A DNA stretch of 64,000 nt from Balamuthia mandrillaris (taxonomy: Eukaryota). The stretch lies in assembly GCA_031835245.2 (NCBI GenBank), contig JAVKOQ020000113.1, positions 1-64,000 of the forward strand, given 5' to 3'. The notes under the pieces are model-generated. The model had not been told where the DNA came from. It saw only the letters and a program-made list of their open reading frames with translations, and did not search any database. Shown in pieces: positions 27,502 through 35,762 of this stretch (position 1 is the stretch's first letter; each line of letters starts with the position of its first letter). The position numbers and the translations under genes are program-made.

Positions 27502-28090
27502 ATCCTCTCGCTTCTCCTTTTTCAACCGATTCCATCTTGTTTGTCTTGTTCTGCTCGAAATACATACCCTTGCTTGGTATCCCTCGGTTCTTCTCTTTTG
27601 TTCTATTATCCTACTCTGCCCTTTGTTTTTTGCCCTCCTTGCTTCCCTCGCCCTCCTCCCTGCCCAATGCAACCGGACTTCTTCCTCCACCCTTTGTATC
27701 CATTCTCTCTTTCTCCAAGTTGGTTGACTGGCGAGGCTGGAGGTTGGGTTGGGCGCGTTGCTTGTGCATTGGTGGGTTAGCACCGGTTGGCAGAATGAGG
27801 ATTACCACCAAGGGTAATGTTGCGCGTGGTCCTCTTGCTGTTTGTTTTTGGGAAGTTTTTGGTCACTTACAAGGCCACCACGCTTCTTAACATGTGCAAC
27901 TTCGGAGAAGAGGGCGGGGCCAACAACCCAACCACGAAAATGCGTCGTGGGCCGAAGTAAAATAAAAAGGAAAAAAGCAAACAAAAAACACTTCTATTCT
28001 ATTCAAAAGAGAGGACTTAGCAGCAACCAGAGAGAGAGAGAGAAGGAGAAAACGGCAACTCCTGTAGCAACGAGGTGAGGAGCATAATAA

Positions 28091-30223
28091 ATGGAGGTGG
28101 ACAAGAAGGCCAAGAAGCTGGCAGAAAAGACGGAGGAGGCGCGCCGCCTCTTCAACCTCCCAAACTCGGAGGAAGTTATACAGGATTACACCTGCACCAT
28201 GTCTCGCACTATACGGGTTGGCGGCCGCCTTTACATTACCCAGAACTACGTCTGTTGGACGGCTGTCGTCTCTCTCACCAGCGCCACCGTAAGCTACCCT
28301 TTTACCTGCCTACCCCTTGGGACAAAGAACTTAATAGTTCATTGTTTGATATAAACACAAACAGGAAAAAATCCCCTTTCGTGAGATTAAGAAGATAACA
28401 CCACAAAAGACTTTGTTGGTACCCAGCGCTATTGAGATACAAACCGCAAAGGCTCAGGTGCGTTTTTCTTCTTGTTCTCTACGCGCTGCTCACTTAATAA
28501 GCTAATCTCTCTCTGCCTCCTCCCCAGTACTTCTTCTCTGCGTTCATGCACAGAGATGAAGCGCTGAACCTTATGCTCTACCTCTGGCAAAACCCACCCA
28601 GCGTTGTCTCTTTGTCCGCCGCCGCCTCTTCCTCTTCCTCCTCCTCTTCCTCCTCGGCGGTCAGCGGTACCTCTCGCTCCGGCTCGTTTTCGACCACAGG
28701 CACCGCTGGGTTCGGTGCTCGTCCTTCTTCAAGCCCTTCCCTTGCCGCTTCGGACGGTGGCGCCTCATCACGACCCACCTCCACTCCTCACCCCTTGAAC
28801 CGCGCCCCCTTGAAGTGGGGGAGCAGCGCTGACATTCAACAAATATCTTCCTCCCCTTCCTTGGGACATCAACAGCAAGCTCAAATTACGAATAGGAACT
28901 TGGTGGACACTGCAGCCTCCAAACGCGCACTCAAGGCCGCTCTTGAAGCCAGAGACCTTGGCCAAGATACCCTCCAGGAACTCAGCATACAAGCCGGTAT
29001 CTCTCCCTCTCTCTCTTGGCTTTTGGTGACTTCTTAGACTCAAATTCATTGCAAATGCTCCACAACCATATCTCCACCACCATTCTCTACATTCAACCAC
29101 AGAGCAAATCGATAGGATTGAGAACGATATAGAGAAAGTGCATGGCAATTTGGACAAAGGAGAGCGGTTGATGCGGGGCATTGAATCATTGGGCGGCTAT
29201 GTGCTCAACAACGTAACGAACCCGGTCTCTAGCGCAAAAGGAACTAATTTCACCGACAGAACGGTGTGTATGACTTCGGCGTCTATTTCATTATGTATGA
29301 TCCCTTTCTTTCGCTTCGCTGACACTTTCTTTCACTCGTTCATTGTGATTCCCTGGTCAGCTTCATGTGGCCAAGCGCACCAAAGTGGTAACTCTGGAGA
29401 TACTGATAAAGCACAAAAATGATCACCGTATCCTTTTCTTATTATATTTTTTGCGTGTTGATGCGTTTGTCGTTTTACAGTGGCCATTCCTTGATTCCAA
29501 CACAGTTGCACCAGCTACTCTTCAGTTTGAGGAAGACATATTTAGATGCCTTGAAAATGGAGAGCAGATAAGGGGAATGCAGTGGCGTTACGATTCTGTA
29601 GATCGTGTGGTTGTGAGGAGCAGGCCTCTGCATTTGGATATCAGGTATCTCTTCCTCTCACTTTTTTTCATTGTGCCGTTTTGGGAGTGAGCCGAACTAA
29701 TCCCCACAAAACAGATTCCTGAAGCAGGACCGCTTTCGTATATGCTCCTCATACTTGCAGGCTATTGTGAACGAGATGTATCTTCGAGTGGCAACCTGCC
29801 AAGTTGTCTTTGAGGCCGGGGCCAAGTCGTTTGACTACGGGGACCCCTCTCTCGTTATCGCCACCAAGAAAAGCAGGGATGACGGCGGAGGAGGAAGCGC
29901 CTTCTTCGGCGTACGCAAGCAGGCTCCTGACTTGGTAAGTGACAACGTTTCCCAGGAAGTGAAGCAGGCCTTGCAAGAGCAGCAAGATGATTTGGACCAA
30001 ATAGAAATGTTGGTTGGCGAGATGGGAGGCATGGGCGTCACCATATCTACTGAACTTGACAGGTCTCTCTCTCTGTCTCTTTTTTGTACTCTTTCGCTTA
30101 CTGACATTGTCCCTACTTTCTTGCGATAGGCAAAACCAACAACTGGATCGCGTCACAGGAAGAGTGATTTCAGCCAACGAGAGATTGCACAACAATACCA
30201 ACAGGATCGAAAAGATGTTGTAA
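28091..30223 (+). CDS. GRAM-domain Qbc-SNARE (SNAP-25/29/47-like, two SNARE motifs); multi-exon
   Basis: GRAM: LFNLPNSEEVIQDYTC..GRLYITQNYVCW. SNARE 1: ALEARDLGQDTLQELSIQAEQIDRIENDIEKVHGNLDKGERLMRGIES. SNARE 2: QDDLDQIEMLVGEMGGMGVTISTELDRQNQQLDRV. No transmembrane tail. Confidence 0.8.
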
Positions 30224-30365
30224 ACTTAAGCAGAATAGAACACCCTAAAGAGGCAGGCACACGCCTTCCGCTGTTAATTTACTGTAGTCTGAATGGGTGA
30301 CGAATGAGGGAGGGTCATTATGTTCAATCTTTACAAAAAAGGTTGGCGAATGGAGGAGTGGCCAA

Positions 30366-31676
30366 TCACGCTGAGTCAAAGCACAGCAAGCCTGACCGTA
30401 CTCGGAAGGAGTTGCTTGAGGGGGACTGTGAAAACGGAGAAGATGGCGCTGCTTTAGGCAAACTGATCCAAGCTTTAAAACGGCAGTGGTTGCGCTGTTC
30501 AACGTCACTGGTGGGTTCATCCTCCTGGCTTTGCTGAGAAGAGGTAGCAGTCTTTTTGAGTGAAAAGGAATCTTCCTTGCGTAGTGTGACTCTGTACTTG
30601 ACAAGGTTGGCCCAAGCGTTGCCCATATACTCTGCATGAAGGGGGATTGGGAGGGAGGAGGAGATTGAGGAGGAGTGATGGCAGAAAGGCCTATGTGTTT
30701 GCAGTTGTTGCGGCGAATGTTGATAAGATTCAGCAGAGTTGTTGGTTGGAGCAGAGCCAAAGCTAGAACGTGTTTTGGAGTAGAGGGCAGCTTTCGTGGC
30801 CACCAATATGAGGTTGTAGGTCAGCACATAATGCCTCAGCAGGTTGACCACTTGTCCGTGTTGTCGTTGCTTTTTATCCGTATATTTGTCCAAGTCGTGG
30901 AAGGCCGATATGCTGTCCACTACCAACAGCCTTATTCTATTTTGGTCGCTCTTGTTGAGGTCGCCGCTACCACTGCCACCATCAGTCCCAGCAGCAGAGT
31001 CAGAGCCACCCATCCTTTCTTTGTGCTTCTGTCGTTGCGTTTGCTGTTGCTGTTGCTGTTGCAGCGAAGAACGAGTGGGTTGGGAATAGCCTCCAGCCGC
31101 AAGTAAGGGCTCCAAGTTTCGAAGTGTAGCAAAGAAGTGCAGCGTGTTGAAGCAACGAACTATGTGCAGCCGCTGTAGGCTGCTTCCAATGATTTGCTGT
31201 AGGTTTGGTTGCTCAAGTAGATCAGGCCTATTTTGTTGTTGAAGAATGATGGTGAGACGGCTTTCCAGCATCGTCACCAACTTTAACAGGTTGAACTTAT
31301 GCCGGTTGTCAAACATGAGCACTCCCGCTTCTTCACCAGCCAGCAGCACGCCGTCCCACTCTTTTGGAAGCACTGCGTTGACTATCATCTGTAAGAGGAA
31401 GGTCGACTTGCAGGTACCCTCGCCGCCGTATACCTCCACTACATCGCCCGGTCGCAGCAGTCCTTCTCCGTCTGGTGCTTGTGGCTGACCCGAATTCCCC
31501 CTCCAACCCTTGTTGTTGTTGTCAAAGCCCTGCTGCTGTTGATCTAAGAGGCAGATCCCGGTGGTGAACGGAGGTTGTCTGCCTCGCATGAATAGCTCAG
31601 CTGCGTTCTCACTTGATTGCAGTAGCGAAGAGAAATTGAGGCAAGGCTGCCGCTGCTGCTGCTGCCGCACCTTCAT
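30366..31676 (-). CDS. XRCC2: RAD51 paralogue XRCC2-like DNA repair protein, apparently intronless
   Basis: LRPGDVVEVYGGEGTCKSTFL (Walker A variant), LPKEWDGVLLAGEEAGVLMFD, LLVVDSISAF (Walker B), YMGNAWANLVKYRVTL. Confidence 0.8.
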   Translation of the reverse strand: MKVRQQQQRQPCLNFSSLLQSSENAAELFMRGRQPPFTTGICLLDQQQQGFDNNNKGWRGNSGQPQAPDGEGLLRPGDVVEVYGGEGTCKSTFLLQMIVNAVLPKEWDGVLLAGEEAGVLMFDNRHKFNLLKLVTMLESRLTIILQQQNRPDLLEQPNLQQIIGSSLQRLHIVRCFNTLHFFATLRNLEPLLAAGGYSQPTRSSLQQQQQQQTQRQKHKERMGGSDSAAGTDGGSGSGDLNKSDQNRIRLLVVDSISAFHDLDKYTDKKQRQHGQVVNLLRHYVLTYNLILVATKAALYSKTRSSFGSAPTNNSAESYQHSPQQLQTHRPFCHHSSSISSSLPIPLHAEYMGNAWANLVKYRVTLRKEDSFSLKKTATSSQQSQEDEPTSDVEQRNHCRFKAWISLPKAAPSSPFSQSPSSNSFRVRSGLLCFDSA

Positions 31677-31681
31677 ACTTG

Positions 31682-31712
<31 letters not shown>

Positions 31713-31962
31713 TCCCACCTTTTTTGTTTTTTGCTGTTGCCCACCATTTTTTGGTTTTCTTGGAAAAAAATTATCCACCAAAAATAAAAAAAAGAGAACA
31801 GCGTGAGGAGCAGGCAAGCTGCTGTTTACACGACAAATACAAGAGGAGGGGGGGAAGGAGGGAGGGAGGGGTTGGGGTGGGACCAAAGCAGACGATGATT
31901 TACTTGATTTTTCTTCTCTGTAAAAAAAAAAAAAAAGACAAAGCGCCCACAACATGTGGCAT

Positions 31963-32907
31963 TTAAAGACGGGCAGCATGTGCGGGACAGGAACCGGAGG
32001 AGGAAGGGCGGGTGATGGTGCCCTTGATGAGGCCTTGCGGCTCGGAAACGGGGGTCAGGATTTCATTGCTCCACTCGTGCTGCAAGCCAAAGCGGGTGAG
32101 GTCCACCGTCCAGTTGTGGATGTTGGGCAAGGTGAAGGAAATGGACTGCACGTGCACAAAGTCCTTCAAGACTGCGTCCCCAATGGCGTACACGGTCTCT
32201 TGCACGGAGCGGCTGTATCGCTCGGCAAAGAGACGGCAGGTGTTGCGAACCACTCCATTCCATACGGCAGTAAAGTCTATTTGGTGGGGAGGGGCGTTGT
32301 AGGTCCACGTGGCCTCCACCTGGGTGCGGAGCAGGCGGTCTTTGACCTCAGGCAAGGTGGTGTAGCGGTCCTTGTGGAAGCCAACGAAGCCAGAGCCGCT
32401 CGTCTTGAGGAGCTCCAGGTTCCTGAGGCCAGAGACCACCTGGATGGGGCGAGGGCCAGCGTCGAGGCCAGCAGCGCCCTTGCTGCTGGAGATCAGAGCG
32501 GTGCGCACCTCCCTACGAGGGGCAAAGGAGTGGGAGTGGGGCTGTCCAGCCACCACCAGCCGCTCCCACAGCTGCTCCTCTATGTAGGCCTCTACGGTGT
32601 GTATGTGGGAGTACTCCTCCAAAAAGTGTTGCACCAGGCGCACTCCGAACGTCTCTATGTGGGTGATGGGGTCTTTCTTGGCCAGAACGTAGATGGTGTT
32701 CTTGACCGTGTCTGTGGGTACCACAGCCGAGTTATCACCGGTGAGGTAAGAGGCGTCCAGACCCTCTCCTTGCAGCAGGACGCGCACGTTGAGGTCCCTG
32801 ACCTGCTCCTCTCCGCCACCCTCCTTCCTCGTCACCTTCAACAAGCGCACATGTCGCTTGCCGTACTCGTTACCCGATAAATAAGCTGCGGTACTGCTGC
32901 TTGCCAT
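31963..32907 (-). CDS. UOX: Uricase (urate oxidase), intronless, with PTS1 (-ARL)
   Basis: YGKRHVRLLKV, SYLTGDNSAVVPTDTVKNTIY, LKTSGSGFVGFHKDRYTTLPEVKDR, YSRSVQET, LPNIH, PQGLIKG. The 945-bp ORF starts at ATG 32907. Confidence 0.95.
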   Translation of the reverse strand: MASSSTAAYLSGNEYGKRHVRLLKVTRKEGGGEEQVRDLNVRVLLQGEGLDASYLTGDNSAVVPTDTVKNTIYVLAKKDPITHIETFGVRLVQHFLEEYSHIHTVEAYIEEQLWERLVVAGQPHSHSFAPRREVRTALISSSKGAAGLDAGPRPIQVVSGLRNLELLKTSGSGFVGFHKDRYTTLPEVKDRLLRTQVEATWTYNAPPHQIDFTAVWNGVVRNTCRLFAERYSRSVQETVYAIGDAVLKDFVHVQSISFTLPNIHNWTVDLTRFGLQHEWSNEILTPVSEPQGLIKGTITRPSSSGSCPAHAARL

Positions 32908-33067
32908 CGTGGTGCTAATAACAACAATGTTGTGGTGTTGTGGGAGGAAGAAAAGAAAGAAGAAGAAGAAAGGCGACTCAAGAAGAAGAGCTCTGTTTGT
33001 TTTTTTTTTTTTTTTGTTAGAGGGCGACTTGAAGTCGCTGCGGGAAGGCTGCGGGGAAAAATATGGC

Positions 33068-33085
33068 TTAGGGTTAGGGTTAGGG
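33068..33085 (+). repeat. (TTAGGG)3 interstitial telomere-like repeat / telo-box
   Basis: Three exact TTAGGG units followed by degenerate units. Confidence 0.8.
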
Positions 33086-33169
33086 CCACCAGGGGTTACT
33101 AGGGCTAGCCTTTTGTGCCTTCCTTCCACCTCGTGTCGACGGAAGTTTTAAGGAGAACCCTCTTTAGGC

Positions 33170-33360
33170 TAAGGCGGCGCCAAGATCAAGCCGATCCATG
33201 GGACAACGAAAATAAAGCAAAATTAGTAAAAGATTAGTAAAACAAAAAAACAGACACAAAAAATAACCCACCTCCGGCGTGCCTAATCACGGCTTGTCTT
33301 ACGACTCGCTATAAGCAACGGTGCCGGCACCAAAGCAACCTTACCGCCTACCGCCCCCTC
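33170..33360 (-). ncRNA. Candidate Fanzor omegaRNA scaffold (guide predicted from flanking DNA)
   Basis: Lies between the Fanzor stop and the element end, where TnpB/Fanzor omegaRNAs are usually found. Contains the GGTGCCGGCACC palindrome (33320-33331), a GUC-GUAA-GAC tetraloop hairpin (33296-33305) and a possible GGCGG/CCGCC long-range pairing with the terminus. Boundaries are inferred. Confidence 0.45.
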
Positions 33361-35079
33361 ACAGAGGAGGAGGAGGAGGTGGTAAGTGCTTGTAAAGTGA
33401 AAAAGCGGATCAAGATGTTTCGGGCGGCGTTGGCATCTCGATCGGCCTGGTAGCCACACTCGGGTTGGGCACCGAAAGGTCTTGTTTCCCCCCAACTGGT
33501 GGTGGACTTGGCCGCACTTGCCGCAGGTCTTGGAGGTGTATTCCTCATCGCAGAGGCAGACCGTACAGGACGGAAATTGCTGGGCCTTGTTGAGGAGCCT
33601 CTGCCTGAAGCGATAGTGGGACCAGGTGAGCATGGCTCTGGCCGTTCGCGAGCCAATGCGGCGGTGGCCTCGCCGCACCATCTGCTGGCTCCTGAACTCT
33701 GGCAGAAGGATGAGGGAGAAGTTCCTGACCAACCAAGACACGAGCTTCTTGTGGAGGTCATCCACCAGGTTGCGGATCCTCTGGCGAAGCCGAGCAGCGG
33801 CCCTTCGGAGACGGCGCCGTTGCCTGTGGTTGCCCTTGGTGCCCTTACTCTGCATGCGATCCAGGCGGTGGCACAGCTTGCCTATCTCGTTGATGTCCGC
33901 TTTGCCCCACTCGGTGACCTCCCCGCAGCCGTTGTAGGTGGTCATGAATGTGCGCACTCCTGGATCCAAGGCGATGATGCCTGCCTCTCTCCTTCGGTGC
34001 TCACGGGCTTGGCTCTCGCCCATGAGCTTCAAAGGCTGAGGCACGCAGAGGTAGTAATGGCCCAGTCGAGTGTCCTTCACCAGACGAACGGCATAGAGCA
34101 CCTCTGACGGAACTTTGTAGTTCTTGTCCCTCGCTTTGATTCGCGCCTCCCCGAAGAAGAGTTGGCGGATAGAGCTGTTGTGGTTCCACTCCCTGGCTTG
34201 GATGCTGAGAGACTGGCTCTTGTCCTTCCTACCACGGAACTTCATCTGGAATCCAGTCGTGCCTCTGCCCGCCGCCAAGCTGCTTTTCACGCCGTTGAAG
34301 AAATCATCGACAGCGTCACTCCGAATGAATCGAGGAGTTTCCAACACCCACGCAAGGCTCTTGTCCTCTCCCGTGAAATTGCTGTTATTTAGGAATTTCT
34401 TCCTGACTTGTTCCTTCATCTCATCACGAGGCATTCCTTGATGTTCACGATGGAACTCCACGGCCTTGTTGTAGGTCCATCGTACTGTGCCGAACCACTT
34501 GGCCAACGTCTTCTTTTGTTCCGGGCGCGGATAAAGGCGGATCTTCTCCACTCGCCCCACTACCGGTTTCTCCTCTCCGTTCTTGCCTTTTTTGGTAAGC
34601 TGTACGGCTGGGCGAGACGGAACGAGTCCCTCGATGAGGCCTAACAAGCCTTTCTGGTTTTTCTCCTCTTCTTCCTTCTCCTTCTCCTCTTCCTCTTCCT
34701 CCTTCTTCTCCTTCTCCTTCTTCTCCTCCTCCTCCTCCAACACCTTTTCTCCGTTAGGAATGTGCTTGCAGGCGGTGAACCATCCTGAACCACAGGCAAA
34801 GGGTTCTTCCAAGCACAAGGCTTCCGGGCGTATTAATCTTCTCCCGATTAAGCTGGAAAACTGGTTCCAAAAGGGCTGGGCGGGTGCAGCCTGCGGCCTT
34901 CCACGCTTCTGTGCCCTTGCCTGAGGTGCCGCTGGGGCGTTTTCCGCTCTTCTTTTCCGAGTAGCAGTGGAAGTAGCAGAAGTAGTGGCGCGACCCCCTT
35001 CCTTGTGGACCCGACCGAAGTGGATGGCCAACCCGTGAGAGGTAGCAAACTTTTTTCCGCACTGTGGGCAACTTGCCAT
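33348..35079 (-). CDS. Fanzor2 (IS607 TnpB-derived) RNA-guided endonuclease with N-terminal C2H2 zinc finger; frameshift near 33465
   Basis: KIRLYPRPEQKKTLAKWFGTVRWTYN (OrfB HTH), RuvC-I IIALDPGVRTF, LVDDLHKKL, MLTWSHYRFRQRL, shifted RuvC-II and Zn ribbon EEYTSKTCGKCG. RuvC-III ECGYQADRDANAARNI lies in the adjacent frame and ends at TAG 33348-33350. Confidence 0.92.
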
Positions 35080-35558
35080 TCAGGCCAGCTTCCAGCAGCG
35101 TTGTGGAAGAGGCGCACAGAGGTTCGTGATGCTGTTCTTTTTTAAACAATTTTGTTTCCATCATCAAAAAATGTAGTGAGCGAGCAGAGAAAAAAGAACG
35201 CTACCTTTTCAATCGGAGCAGTGCCCCTGCTTGCGGCTGAACCGCTTCGGTTTCCACCTCTGCCTCCTTCCGCTGGTTTCCTCCTTGTGTAGTAGAAGCG
35301 TAGCAATGAGAAATACGGTGGTGCGTGGAGCTTCGTGGATGCGTGTGTCTGTGTGTTTACTTTTTAAAAGAAAGAAATGAAAAGAAAAGAAGAGAAGAGA
35401 AGAAAAGAAAACGAGTAGCAGAAAAGTGTCAAGGCGACTGACGAGTACCAAAAGTTTATTGGCGGCAGCAGCAGCATGAGCATCCATTCCGTACACCCCC
35501 CACCCCACACCCCAACCCTACCACTTTGCCTTCAGAGACGTGGGAGAAGGAAGGGTTG

Positions 35559-35583
35559 TTTTGGCGGGAAACATGCTCATTGG
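35559..35583 (-). promoter_or_regulatory. E2F-like site (TTTCCCGCCAAAA) and CCAAT box inside the transposon, upstream of Fanzor
   Basis: TTTTGGCGGGAAA at 35559-35571 and ATTGG at 35579-35583, just inside the 5' TIR. Confidence 0.5.
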
Positions 35584-35762
35584 CCCAAAAGACTAATGTC
35601 GTGATTTCTATTTTCGTTGTCCTTAGATCTTATGATCTTTGCGCCGCCTTACTCTTTAGGCTGTGCCGCCAACAATTAAAAAGCACTAGCTAGCTGCGGG
35701 CGACGAGCAGCTTTCCTTCGCCACTCATTTCGTCAGCAGTCAGGATAAGGCCGATCTCTGCC

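Larger units (their letters stand above)
33170..35651 (-). mobile_element. Non-autonomous TIR DNA transposon carrying a Fanzor2 gene; 10-bp TSD CTCTTTAGGC
   Basis: TIRs at 33170-33214 and 35609-35651 share TAAGGCGGCGC.AAGATCA...GATC...GGACAACGAAAATA. Identical CTCTTTAGGC at 33160-33169 and 35652-35661. No transposase ORF inside. Confidence 0.92.

Noticed and set aside
31954..32880. 308-aa plus-strand ORF
   Set aside because: Antisense shadow of uricase.
33283..33460. C-terminus of the 598-aa ORF (RVWLPGRSRC...) as the real Fanzor end
   Set aside because: It is out-of-frame read-through. The conserved RuvC-III lies in the other frame.
33170..35651. Bacterial IS200/IS605 or IS607 contaminant, or a Cas12/CRISPR locus
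   Set aside because: No TnpA or resolvase and no repeat-spacer array. It is flanked by eukaryotic genes and has TIRs, a TSD and a C2H2 finger.
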